64,000 bases of DNA from Octopus sinensis (Eukaryota). Within the stretch, counting starts at the first letter, position 1, and each line of letters starts with the position of its first letter. Made by a program: the position numbers and the translations under genes. The notes under the pieces are model-generated. The model did no database searches. It was not told the origin of the DNA and saw only the letters and a list, made by a program, of their open reading frames with translations. The stretch is taken from the NCBI RefSeq assembly GCF_006345805.1, contig NC_043008.1:63736001-63800000 (forward strand), given 5' to 3'. Shown piece by piece: positions 25,291 through 38,115 of this stretch.

Positions 25291-25549
25291 AAAAAAAATA
25301 CTTAAGAAATTCTATCTAGAACTAGGTGTATACAAGAGCTAAGATTAGAATACTCCTGTTGTTTAATTTCATGTTATTTTTAGGGTATGTGTATCTCAGA
25401 TTATTTCCTCTATTACATCTTTCACATTTTTTAAGAATGTTGGGTATGGTTTAAGGATGATTTGGTTAACTTTTCTATCTGCTAAATCAACCCTCTAGAG
25501 CTGGTTTATCATAGCAGCTTTTCTGAGATTGCTACTAGCTATTTGATAT

Positions 25550-25789
25550 CTCTTGCACCCTTTTAAAGCCTAGCCAGGCTCATGGGCCCAGTTTCCCAGT
25601 TTCTACGGCATATGTGTTCCCCAGCTGGACAGGACACCAGTCCATTGCAGCGTTACTTATTTTTGCCAGCTGAGTTGACTGGAGCAATGTGAAATGAAGT
25701 GTTTTGCCCAAGATTCCGGTCCAGGAATCGAAACAACAATCTTACGATCATGATGCTGACACCCTAACCACTAAGCCATGCACCTCCAC
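25550..25789 (-). mobile_element. Family D SINE with 13-bp TSD
   Basis: Reverse complement of 17778-18028; TSD AGCTATTTGATAT at 25537-25549 and 25790-25802. Confidence 0.9.
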
Positions 25790-25802
25790 AGCTATTTGAT
25801 AT

Positions 25803-26240
25803 AATGATTTCAAATTTTGGCACAAGGCCAGGATTTTTGAGGAAGGGGTAAGTTGATTACATCAAACCTAGTGCTCAGCCAATACTTATTTTATTGACCC
25901 TGAGAGGATGAATGGCAAAGTCAACCTGGCAGAATTTGAACTCGGAATATAAGCACAGACAAAATGCTGCTGAGTATTTTGCATGTTGTGCTAACAATTC
26001 TGGCAGCACACTACCTTAAATATTGGTTTCAAATTTTGGCACAAGGCCAGCAATTTCAGGAAATGGAGTAAGTTGATTATATCAACCCCAGTGTTCAACT
26101 GGTACTTATTTTATCGATGCAGAAAGGATGAAAAGTAAAGTTGACCTTGGTGGAATTTGAACTGAGAACTTAAAGTAAGACAAAATACTGTTAAGCATTT
26201 TGCCTATCATACTAATGATCTTGCCAGCTCACTGCCTTGG
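25803..26240 (-). mobile_element. Two tandem degenerate family B-related SINEs
   Basis: Two repeats of tttcaaattttggcacaaggcca...acttattttat...aaggatgaa...gaatttgaact...gcattt; the same subfamily occurs on + at 30160-30345. Confidence 0.75.
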
Positions 26241-26354
26241 TTATTTGAAGTATTATTGCTTCAGCACCAGCTTGTCAAAAAAGTAAATAAAGATTAATTA
26301 TTTCCTGAAATTCCTAGAAATTCTCAATTACTTTCAAGATTAATAGAAATCTGC

Positions 26355-27210
26355 AGACATGGCTGTGTGGTTAAGAGGTTTATGTCACAACTACATGGTT
26401 TTTGGTTCAGTCCTTGGAATGTGTCTTCTATTATAGTCATGGACAAACCTATGCTTTGTGGACGAATTTGGTAAGCAGGTGTAGGAGTGACTGTGTGGTA
26501 AGTAGCTTGCTTACAAACCACATGGTTCCAGGTTCAGTCCCACTGCCTGGCACCTTGGGCAAGTGTCTTCTACTATAGCCTCGGGCCGACCAAAGCCTTG
26601 TGAGTGGATTTGGTAGATGGAAACTGAAAGAAACCTGTCGTATATATATGTGTGTGTGTGTGTGTGTTGTGTGTCTGTGTTTGTTCCCCAAACATCGCTT
26701 GACAACCGATGCTGGTGTGTTTACATCCCCATAACTTAGCGGTTCAGCAAAAGAGACCAATAGAATAAGTACTAAGCTTACAAAGAATAAGTCCTGGGGG
26801 CGATTTGCTCGACTAAAAGTGGTACTCCAGCATGGCTACAGTCAAATGACTGAAACAAGTAAAAGAGTAAAAGAGTAAGTATAATTTATGTAGAATTCTC
26901 TTGTATGCTAATGTGTGTGAGTGTGCAAGTGTGAGTGTATGTGTTTATATTTGTACGTATGTGTATGTGCATGTGTGAGTATTTGTGTTTGTGTTTATGC
27001 CCATCCTTACCCATTACTTGGCAACTGATGTCAATTTGTTTCTTGTAGCAAAGTGGAGTTCATCAAATAAAATAGTAAAACAAGTCCCAGGTTTAAAGAA
27101 TAAGTCCTGGGATGAATTTGATCATCTGACCCTACAAGGCAGTGCTCCAGCAAAGCCACAGTACAACGAGTAAAACAAGTTAAAGAGTAAAGAATAAAAA
27201 AGATAAAAAT
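26355..27210 (+). mobile_element. Family C cluster: partial head, full copy (26480-26880), degenerate 3' module (26990-27210)
   Basis: The central copy is the reverse complement of 12528-12982. Confidence 0.85.
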
Positions 27211-28574
27211 AAGGTCACAAGCAAAATGATTAATATTATTTTAAATCCTAGAATTACTGACCAAATGTCCAGCAGTTATCCCAATATTAAGAAATGTATT
27301 CTAACTAATAATGGCCATAAATGGTGAACTAACATGTCTAGAACTGTTATATTAATTCTCTTTTTCTGTCTGTCTCTTTGACAATTAATGACATTCCGAT
27401 ATGCTAATATTATGATTGTATACAAAACTACAAACTCAAGTGCAACTCCCAATTGTCAACATATAAACTGACCAGCCACCACTCATTGTGTACAACAGAA
27501 ATAATTGCCTACTCTGTGGTATATTCTCTGAACAATAATTACACCAAATGGTTGCCACCAATTACTTTAGTATGACTGAATTTTGAATTAACTCAGAAAT
27601 ACTCAATGGAAATAATTCTTTAATCTGATATGACAGATCAGTATAATAATATACCATTTGGAAGCTGTGATAAGCTTCTCTGAATAGAATTAATACAATA
27701 ATGAAGTTATCTACTGCATACATATATTGATCCTGTTAACCAAGTTGACAAACTGAATGCTATTTCCTTTCATTGTCACTGAGGAAATTAATGAGAAAAA
27801 TCCCAGAATATAACAAGCGAAATATGAAAGGGGAGGAAATATTTAAATGCTATCCTATAAATAGAATTATCAATAGCTTGTAAACATGTTTCTAAATCTC
27901 TAAATATAATTCATTGAAGCATAGAGAGGATTTGATTATTTGGACAAAAGATAAAAGAAATGCTAAGTTATTGAGTGGCCATGCCAAATAAAGAACCTTT
28001 ATCATATTACAAATCATCAATAAAAACATAAATTCTTTAGAGGAATGGTTCTTTGAATCTTGAAAACTACTATCATACAATTGTATGAGCTTCTGAGAGT
28101 GATTATAGTATTTTCTTTGGGGGACAAAAAATACATGGAAATTGCTTGATGGAAATGGCCATAAAAACTCTAAATAAGAACAACTTAAAATTACAAATGT
28201 GCTTAGCTCAACAATATTTTAAGCTATTTCAGTATTTCCTTTTAATTTACTTTATTTTCAGTTTTGTAATTAAAGAAAATGTAACAAGAGAACAATTTAA
28301 ATACAAAAATATGCGCTGCTATTAGATAGCTTATAACATACAACCCAATAATCTCTGATATTGTTGCCATTTTCTATCACAACAAGCGAGTTGGCTAGCT
28401 ACGAGCAAGCTATGAAAGAAGTCAATAATGCATCTCACATGCAATGTTCTTTATAAGTTATGTATACATGTGTTTACTGTGAGCACAGAAAGAAAAGTAA
28501 AAAGAAAGAAAATTTACACACATACATAAATTTTTTAGGACTCTGCTTGCAAAGACCAGTTGAGGCAAGTGAAA

Positions 28575-29052
28575 TCGAAATCGAAATCAAACTCGGTGAC
28601 TGGCATCCGTGCTAGTGGAGCGCTAAGAGTACCATACGAGTGAGATCGTTGCCAGAGAAACAAGCTGGCCTTCGTGCAGATGGCACATTAAAAACACCGT
28701 TCGAGCGTGATCGTTACCTGCATCGCCTTACTAGCACTTGTGCTGGTGGCATGTGGAAAAATATTCGAGCGAGGTCGTTGCCAATGCCACTGGACTGGCT
28801 CCTGTGCAGGTGGCACATAAAAAGCACCATTTGAGCATGGCCGTTGCCAGTACCACCTAACTGGCCCTCGTGCCGGTGGCAAGTAAAATCACCCATTACA
28901 CTCTCGGAGTGGTTGGCGTTAGGAAGGGCATGCAGTTGTAGAAACTCTGCCAGATCAGATTGGAGTCTGGTTCGCCTGACCTCAGTCAAATCGTCCAACC
29001 CATGCTAGCATGGAAAGCGGACGTTAAACGATGATGATGATGATGATGATGA
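28575..29052 (+). mobile_element. Family A retroposon, long copy
   Basis: Colinear with 8626-9112; ends GGACGTTAAAC(GAT)n. Confidence 0.9.
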
Positions 29053-29321
29053 TTACTCACATGGATGCTTTGCAAAGAAATACAAAATTCACACACAAGC
29101 AAATTTCTGTGTATACCCATAGCAAATAAATTAGAAGGAACATTGCTCCCTTTGGTAATCATGACAACAGACTTCCAGACTAACAATAACTTCCTCCTGT
29201 TTTCTCAAAGTTTCCTACAAAAGGAAAAGGTCATAGACACTGACCTTTCTATGTTACCTATTTCTTTTACATGTTTCAGGCAGATTTACATATATATATA
29301 TACATATACATATATATATAT

Positions 29322-29349
<28 letters not shown>

Positions 29350-29368
<19 letters not shown>

Positions 29369-29600
29369 GCATGTGTGTGTGTGTGTGTATTTATGTATGT
29401 GTGTTTTTGTCCTACCATCACCACTTGACAACTGGTTTTGATGGGTTTACAACCCTATAACTTAGTTGATAGAATATGTACTATGCTTTCAAAAAAAAAA
29501 AGTTCTGGGATTGATTTGTTTGACTAAAACCCTTCAAAGTGCTGCTCCTGCATGGGTGCAATCAAATGAATGAAAGAAGTAAAGGAATAATAGAATAAAC
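29350..29600 (+). mobile_element. Degenerate family C 3' module
   Basis: cacttgacaactgg...ctataacttag...gatttgtttgactaa...atcaaatgaatgaaagaagtaaaag. Confidence 0.6.
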
Positions 29601-29917
29601 ATATATATATATTTGTATATATGCATGTAAGAATATATGCATTTTCACATGTGTGCCTGAGATTCCTTGTCTGTAATCCCATGATGATTCTGAATGAGAA
29701 TTTCCATTATAAAAATAATGTCATTTGTTCTCACTCTTCAATAAGCGAAAAAGTTTAGCCATGAGGAAAAACAATCTTGCTTGGAAACATGTAGGCAATG
29801 AGAAGGGCATCTAGCCACAGAAAAATTTGCTACGATGCATTCAGTCTGACTGATCTAAGCATGAAAACGTTGGCATTAAAAACAAACTGATTGTCGTTTA
29901 TTGTCTAAACTCTGAAG

Positions 29918-30345
29918 TTGGTGAGCTGGCAGAATCGTTAGCACACCAGATGGAATGCTTACAGGTATTTCGTCTGCCGCTACATTCTGAGTTCAAATTC
30001 CACCAAGGTCGACTTTGCTTTTCATCCTTTTGGGGTCGACTAAATAAGTACCAGTTACGCACTGGGGTTGATGTAATTGACTTAATCCCTTTTTCTGTCC
30101 TTGTTTGTCCCCTCTATGTTTAGCCCCTTGTGGGTAATAAAGAAATAAGAATTGTTACTGTGCCCAAAATGCTTAATGGCATTCCATCTGACTTTACTTC
30201 CGAGTTCAAATTTTACCAAGGATAACCACCTTTTATCCTTTTAGGGTTGATAAAATAAGTACCAGTTGAGCACTAGGGTCGATGTAATTGACAAACCTCT
30301 TACCCAAAATTGCTGGCCTTGTGCCAAAATTTGAAACTATTATGT
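29918..30345 (+). mobile_element. Family B SINE followed by a degenerate B-related copy
   Basis: 29918-30150 is colinear with 13725-13960. Confidence 0.85.
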
Positions 30346-31149
30346 AAATGATATTGTTTTTTATTGCTTAATGTTTTTGATGTTCAGCTGTGGCCATATT
30401 TGTGCACTACCATTCAATCTGACATATATTTAACTCTTTAGCATTTAAACTGGTCATATCCAGGCAAAACATTCTACCTGCTTTATGTTCAACCTGGCCA
30501 CATCTTGCTCCACACACCTACTCTACAATATTCTTCTAAAAATATAGTACCACCTCATCAAACACTTAAAGCTAAATGATAATTCATGATAAATTAAAAC
30601 AAATGGGAACAAATAAGCTTTACATTTGACAAAATAATCTGAATGCTAAAAGGTCAATTTATTTGCATGCTATGACTGGTTAAATTGCCTTTTGTCACAA
30701 AGGGATTCATCTCAATACACTGTTTACCCACCCTTGAAAAATCATTATTCAGAAAACATGTTATGCTAATTTTCCTTGCAATAACATTTTACTAAATATT
30801 TTACTCTATTTCAAAATACTTTTTACTCAGTTCAATGTTATTTATTATTTTCATAAAACAGAAGAGAGCTTAAGGTAAGAACATTATCTTCTTTCTTATT
30901 TTCTAACTCAAAATGCTTCATTTTGTCTTTTTGTACTTTTCTTTCCCTGTACACATGTTTCTTTTTTTTTTTGAGTCATTGATCATTGTTGATTATCAAA
31001 TTACTATTATCTAATTGTGTATTATGTTGTTTTGTACTAACTTACTCTAGACTCTCAAATAAAATATATTCTATCTGGCTTGATAGATATTTTTTTAAGA
31101 ATTGTAATTGTCTGGCATGTAACTAGATCTGAGACGGTATATTGTAATT

Positions 31150-31299
31150 GAAGCAATTACACTGTGTAAGAGCCATTTTAGTCTTGTGTGTGTGAGTGTG
31201 TGTGTCTGTGTGAGTCTATGCGTACATATATGTGTGTGTGTGTGTATAAGTATGTGTATATATACATGAGCGTGTATATATATGTGTATCTATCTATCT

Positions 31300-31350
<51 letters not shown>

Positions 31351-31545
31351 TATAAAAATTATATATAAAAAAACAAGAACGTGAAATACACAAAGAGACG
31401 AAATGTATGAATATGTTTCTATATACATACATATATGTGTGTGTATGTATATATATATATATGTATATATATATAATATAAATGATGTATATGCATATAT
31501 ACATACATATATGTACATACATATATATGTACATATACATGCATA
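31150..31545. repeat. GT/AT microsatellite mosaic
   Basis: Direct reading. Confidence 0.9.
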
Positions 31546-32254
31546 TATGGGTACAAGACGTCATAAAATGTAAACAGCATCAAATGCGAAATACGAAAAC
31601 AGGAAATACAAAGACAAACTTTTGTATGGGAACAAAAAAAAGAAACAAATAGAAATCAAGACAAGTAACATAAAGAATGACCCTTCATCAGTTGTCAGCT
31701 GTTTATCTACACCACATTTCGAGCAATATGTGCCTTCAAGAAAACCGTTGCTCTCGTGAACCAAAATAAAATTTGGAATTTGCGGTGGGTCAAAGTTGAT
31801 AACAAAAACAGGACAGTGAAAACAAACAGTGAGGGCCACTAGGCCAAACGAGGTGAGGATGTGAATGCTGGAGGAACAATCTTTGACAGGATAAAAGATA
31901 GGAAAGGAGACAAATAAAAATTCCTCCACCTCACTCACTATTTTGTATCCTATCCAAACTAACTATTATTTAACCATCCTCTCACACCGTCTCCAATGAA
32001 GGGATTACTTAATAAATATCCTGGAAACAGCTGTAAGACCTTCTATTTATAAATGTTCTAATATCTACACAGCCTTCATTTTTTATCTCATTATGTAAAA
32101 AAATCTTATATACACAGGCTGACATATGACCAACGTTGAACCCCTTATTCACAAAATTACCAAACCTGGAACTTAACTATGGTCTGTCTATAGCACTTAT
32201 TCAGCATTACCTGACACTTTGGGTCTCAATGACACCATTACCTCTTATATGTAT

Positions 32255-32520
32255 GTATATATATATGAGTGTATCTGTTTGTGTATGTGTGTGTATATGT
32301 TTGTGTGCCCGTGATTGTCCCTCCCCCAACATCACTTGACAACCAATGTTGTTACATTTATATCCCTGTAACTTAGTGGTTCTGCAAAAGAGACTGATAA
32401 AATAAGTACTAGGCTTACAAAGAATAAGTCCTGGGGTCGATTTGTTCAACTAAAGGTGGTGCTCCAGCATGGCCACAGTCAAGTGACTGAAACAAATAAA
32501 AGAAAATAAAAAGAAACATA
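32255..32520 (+). mobile_element. Family C 3' module
   Basis: cacttgacaaccaatgttg...gaataagtactaggcttacaaagaataagtcctggggtcgatttg...cagtcaagtgactgaaacaa. Confidence 0.85.
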
Positions 32521-34374
32521 TATATATATATACACACACACACAAAGAGAGAGAGAGGGGGAGAGAAACATAGGTATATACATGCAAATATGTCAGTGTG
32601 TGTGAATGTTTATTTTGTGTAGTGACAACAGTAGATTGAATATAAACCAATGTGTTAAAGAAAAATAGCTTTTACTATATATTCCGTGAAGTTACAGAAC
32701 TTAGCCATTCTTTTTACTGGAGGCTGGAGATCAATAAATAAAAAGTGCAAGCCAAAATACTATAGAAGCTAGTACTTTGACTAAAATTGCTTAAGTTGTT
32801 GCTCCCTCGCTACTAACATCAGAATTCAGTTTGAAACCAGAGAAAGAAATGCCAACTTTTTTGGTTATTTTTTTGCCTCTTTTTGCATTAATGTCTTTTT
32901 TATATGAAATACAAAAGGAAAGTAGTATTTTCGATTAGATCCAGTATAACTATTAACCGGGACAGAACTCTAACGACTAAACGTCATTCAGAATGGTAAT
33001 AATTATAATAGATGTCCATAAACTATTTCGAATGTGACATCTTCAATACAGAGTCAGACTTAAAATGAAACCAAGTTTACAATGTAAATGATAAATACTG
33101 CCAATATGTCCTTTTTACCAAACATCTGCTAACTGATAGAAATTGGTATTCAAAGTTTTGTCGATTCCGCTATTTGTCTTTGTCTGAATGATATCTAGTG
33201 CTAAAATCCTTCACATAGTTTTTATGGTTAGATTTTGTTTTATTTGTCAAGCTGAGGTCTTGTTCAGATCAATAGTTCATAAATGTTTTCCACTCTCTTC
33301 AAAACTACTGAGGCATAACCATTGTCTGGGGAGAGTCAGATAATTTCCTTATCATTGTCCAGAATATTGATCATTTGTCTCACACTTGATATGAATGATT
33401 CTCGATATTTAGCCTTTTCTAGCATTTGTCTAATTCTCCTTCTCTCACTACTGACTCGCTTCCACTTCAGCAAAGCAGAACACTATCTCCCTTACGAAAA
33501 TCTACAATAACACAGTAGGCAATATGCTTGATTGTGGATGCAAAATTCAAAATTCTTTTTATCGCAAATACTTTAGAACAACTCAAGCATTAATAGCACA
33601 GATTAACAACCATTTTGATGGATTGGTGTGTTTCTATTCTTGTGAGCTTAACAGCTTTAACGTATTTGAAGTTCCCGCACCTTTCATTGTTCTTGAGTGT
33701 GTAATCAGTTAGCTGCAAGGAAAAATCTACTTTTATTCAACAGTGAAAATATTGATTATAAAGACTTCTCTGATCAACCACCACTGCCTTAAATGCATTC
33801 CTTGTAACAATAAAACTACACAAAACTTCTTAACTTCTTTATGAATCTTATAAGTGTTCTCTGAATAATCACATGAAAAAGAATTTTTTTTTCATTTTTT
33901 TTATTTCAGCAAAAATTTCAAACTATTCCAACCCTGTAATAATACAGCAACGTAAAAGTAAATTTTTTGCTTCCAAAATAATTAGATACATGTGATTCAA
34001 TATTTTTTCTTGGCTTCAGGCTATTTTGTAAACAACTCTGTTTGTCTTAATTAAATCTAATTAAAATATTGCTAATAATATTAATATTTCAGTGTTGGCT
34101 CCTGAATTATCTCTGAGAGCAAATAAAACAGTTTGATAAATGCAATGAGAGATTGTTTAGATTCAGAGAATATAAACAAACCTGTAGTTTCTCAGGCTTA
34201 AAATACAGAGTGGCTTTATATAGCAAAGATACTTTTAGAACCATGTTACATTCACGGCTCTATTTTGCCATTTACTTCTCTCATTACTTCACCTTGTCTC
34301 TCTCTGCACCTCTGCTCCTGCAGCCCAATGCTGCTTTGTCATCTCTCTCACATATCCTCTATGTACTAAATGTA

Positions 34375-35649
34375 TCAGGTTGGTGTGAAAGTAATGTCTG
34401 ATCTAAAGATCTAAGGTAAAAATGATTAAGCTAATGACTATGGAAATATTTATTCATTAACATTCTCTCCATTGCTTTCAATGACCTCCTTCCATCTTTC
34501 AACAACCTTATAAATGCCTCGCTTGTAAAATTCTGTAGGTTTAGAACCAAAATATTAATCCATCTCATTTTAAATATCTTCTCTTGTTGTTAACCTAAGT
34601 CCATCAAAATGGTTCTGTAGTCCTCGGAGCAAATGGTAATCAGAAGGAGCAAGGTCAGGAGAATATAGAGGATGAGGCAGTATTTCCTAACCAAGTTCAT
34701 CCAAGAGAGTTTTGGTCAGTCGAGCTGTGTGAGGATTGACATTATTGTGGTAGAAGATGATGCCCTTTCTGTTAACGAAGGATGCTCACTTTTGGTTCAG
34801 AGCTGTTTCAAATGACGATGTTGCTCATAGTAAAGATTAGCATTAATTGTTTGGTTGTTGTCTAACAATTCATAATGGATTACTTCTTTAATATCCCACC
34901 ATACACTCAACATGATCTTCTTTGGATGAAGTCCTGCTCTCGGTTGTTGAACTGGCCATTCTCCTCGACTGATCCAAGAATGGCGGCGTTTAACATTATG
35001 GTAAAGAATCCACTTCTCATCACCTGTAACAAACCTGTCTAAAAATGGTGATTGGAAGTGTTGTGAAAGCAATGATTGACAATAAGCAGCATGCTGTTGT
35101 TGATTCTCTGGAGACAGCTCGTGAGGGACCCATTTGCCAGCCACTGAAACCTTTCCAATGTGTTTTAGCTGGTGTACCATGGTTGTATGGGCCACGTTTA
35201 ACTGTTCTGCAAATTCCCTAGTGGTAATAGTAGGGCTCTCTGAAACAAGAGCTTCCAACATTTTGGATTTAAGCTTTTTTGGATGACCCTCTTTTGGCTC
35301 TTCTTTCAAAGTGAAATCACCACTTCGGAAACAGAAAAACCACCTCCTGCAACTTCTTTCATCACTACATCATCCCCATAAGTGCTCTGAATAGATCTTG
35401 CTGCCGCACTTGCATCAACACCTTTATGAAACTCGTAGAGTAAAACATTTCTTATGCAATCTTTAGTTGGGACAAACATGGTGGTAAAATTTTCTGAGAA
35501 TTATGGGTGGGAGTTAGATAATTTGAAAGAAAATAGTACAAATTAGACACAGAGATATCTTAAAACTATAAGAAGGGTTAAAAAATATTGATAAATTCGC
35601 TCTGAAACATTTTTTCTAGAAATCAGACATTACTTTTGTACCAACCTGA
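34375..35649 (-). mobile_element. Full-length decayed mariner transposon (~1275 bp) with TIRs; pseudo-ORF about 35479->34450
   Basis: TIRs TCAGGTTGGTGTGAAAGTAATGTCTGAT (34375-34402) and ATCAGACATTACTTTTGTACCAACCTGA (35622-35649); motifs WVPHEL, TGDEKW, HPLYSPDLAPSDY; frameshifts and stops present. Confidence 0.92.
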
Positions 35650-35964
35650 CATCATAGCCATCATGCAACTTTCTGTATAGCTGCAGTTCAGCATTCATTA
35701 ACTTTCTCTTCTCCTCCCCTCTCTCACACTCTCCTTCCGCATCCATACAAACTCCCTGCTCATTCACCTTGTCTAGTACATTTCCATTACATTCCCCTCT
35801 TTGTAACTTGAGGGTACATCATGGCATGTTTTCACCAGTTTCCTTCTCTCTCTCTCCCTTTCTCCCACACTTTAATTAGGGTACCCATGTATCTCCTCTA
35901 CTGCAAGACACTTGTTTCTGTCTTATCATAGCTTAAACTGTCATCACTTGGCACAATCTCACCT

Positions 35965-36269
35965 TGTTGTTTGTTCCTTCTCGAGCCATGCCTGACTCAT
36001 AAGGGCCGGTTTTCCGGTTTCTTGGCATATAGGTTACCCACCTGGATGGGACGCTGGTCCATCGCAGGTGAGCTGCAAGATGCAGGAGAAAAGAGTGAGA
36101 GAAAGTTGTGGCGAAAGAGTCAGCAGAAGTTTCGCCATTAGCTTCTGCCGGAGCCACGTGGAACTTAGGTGTTTCCCTCATAAACACACACATCGTCCGG
36201 ACTGAGATTCGAACCCGCGATCCCTCGACCGCAAGTCTGCTGCTCTAGTCACTAGGCCATGTGCCTCCA
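35965..36269 (-). mobile_element. tRNA-derived SINE (D-related, longer core) with 13-bp TSD
   Basis: A box TGGCCTAGTGACTAG, B box GGTTCGAATC; TSD CACAATCTCACCT at 35952-35964 and 36270-36282. Confidence 0.92.
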
Positions 36270-37548
36270 CACAATCTCACCTCCCTCGATACCACTCCTC
36301 TTCTCAATTGAGAAGTCTTTGTCTGGCAAATTTAGTGATCTCATTGGTGCTGGTGCTTTGTAAAAAATAAACCAGTACGCTCTGTAACATGGTTGGTACT
36401 AGAAAGGACATCTGGCTACAGGAACCAAAGCTGAGATTGAAGCTTGGAAGAGCTTCTGTTGCTTCTGTTTTTATTGTCTATTTCTATTTACTAATTTCAT
36501 CTTCATCATTGACATCTGTTTTCTAATGTGTACATTTTTTTTGCTTGCATGGGCCAGATGAAACTATACTGGGATAGAATTTTCTATGATTGGATGCCCT
36601 TCCTGACGCCAACCCTCAGCAAACTAATAATTTCCCAGTTTTTCAAACTATGAACATCCTAGTTAACAAACAAACAAAAAAAAAAAAATGAAAATAATTG
36701 ACACCATGGAAATGGGCTTTTGTTTACGAAGACCTTGCCGTATATTAAGACCTGTCAAAAATCTTGGACATACTTTGACCGTGGACTGCAGGGAAATGGC
36801 ATTGCTTGTCTGAATAGTAGGCTTTTGTTTACAATCAGCAAATTTACATGACGATGAGGAAAAATATTTATTTTTCAATAGCTTAATCAGGTGAATGACA
36901 GAATCCATGATTATTTTTGAAGGTCCCCAGAAGCAACTAGGAGGAATTGAGGAGGTTATTTTCATGCCATAGATCCACCCAGATGTTTTCAAACAAGGGC
37001 ATTTAGCTAAAATTCCCCAAACCTAGTGTTTATATTAAACTGTGTAATGGCTAAATTCCACTACTCTAGAACAACAATAGTCACACTGATACACTTTCAC
37101 ACAGTATACATAAACTAAAGCACTGATTAAGCTAGTGTGGATTAAATCAAAATCTGCTTAGCAGTGAAGCAAACTTCTTAACTATCAACCAAGCCTGCCC
37201 CATAGAAATAATGACTCTAAAATATATGCACATATTTAGTTATTTAAAAAAATGATAAATCTGAATAATACATTTACTATTTAGCAAAGGCCATCTTTGA
37301 TAGGTGTCTTAAGTACTGTCATCTGGTAATTTCTTAATGTTGCCTTAACATATATTCAGGCACTAGAAATTGAACAAAATTCCTGCTCCAACTCAAAATG
37401 TCAACAGTGGCTTACATTATAAATATTTAATATTCACAACATACAAGTACAATGTACTTATTAAAAGAATTGGGATACACATGATAAAAATTTCTGAAAG
37501 AGAATTAGAAACATTATATGAAAACATAAACAATAATAAGAAACAATT

Positions 37549-37781
37549 AAAGGCGGCAAGCTGGCAGAATCGTTAGCACGCCAGCCAGAATGCTTAGCGG
37601 TATTTCGTCTGCCGCTACGTTCTGAGTTCAAATTCTACTGAGGTTGCCTTTGCCTTTCATCCTTTCGGGATCGATAAATTAAGTACTAGTTATGCACTGG
37701 GGTCGATATAATCAACTTAATCCGTTTATCTGTCCCTGTTTGTCCCCTCTGTTTGTAGCCCCTTGTGGGCAATAAAGAAAT
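37549..37781 (+). mobile_element. Family B SINE with 17-bp TSD
   Basis: TSD AATAATAAGAAACAATT at 37532-37548 and 37782-37798. Confidence 0.92.
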
Positions 37782-37879
37782 AATAATAAGAAACAATTGT
37801 ACACAGGAACTGGGGAGATGGAAGATGATCTGGAAAAATAGCTTAAGTTTCCAGCACACAGAGCCTTGACCTTGTTAAC

Positions 37880-38115
37880 CTTGATCTGGGAGGAGAGGAT
37901 GAAAGAGAATCAAGCACTAGGGGTGGGTGGAGAATAAGGTGTTTGCTTGTGGAGGTTAGCAGCTGAAGATTTGTTTGCTGTATTCTGAGTAAAACCAGTG
38001 GAACCTTGGACATTACAAGGTATGCAGAAGGAAAGCCATCAAAAACAGCGTAGAGGCTGTTGAGAGAGCATTTAGATGGCTCAGTCTGAAAAGAAGTGAA
38101 CAATGGAGTCAGTAG
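37880..38115 (+). pseudogene. HERO-like (RLE-type non-LTR retrotransposon) endonuclease C-terminal remnant
   Basis: Manual translation across frameshifts: LIWEERMKE...RGGWRIRCLLVEV...RRKAIKNSVEAVERAFRWLSLKRSEQWSQ*. This matches the PWEERM...GW..RC..VEVG...AI....EA.E.A.RWL..KR pattern. Confidence 0.65.

Noticed and set aside
31670-31760. CTGATGAAGGG and GCTCGAAA (minus) in the 31548-32110 repeat as a hammerhead
   Set aside because: I could not assemble consistent stems I-III in any topology from this copy.
13725-37781. tRNA genes at SINE heads
   Set aside because: Only A/B-box-like motifs; no complete cloverleaf, and each continues into a SINE body with a TSD.
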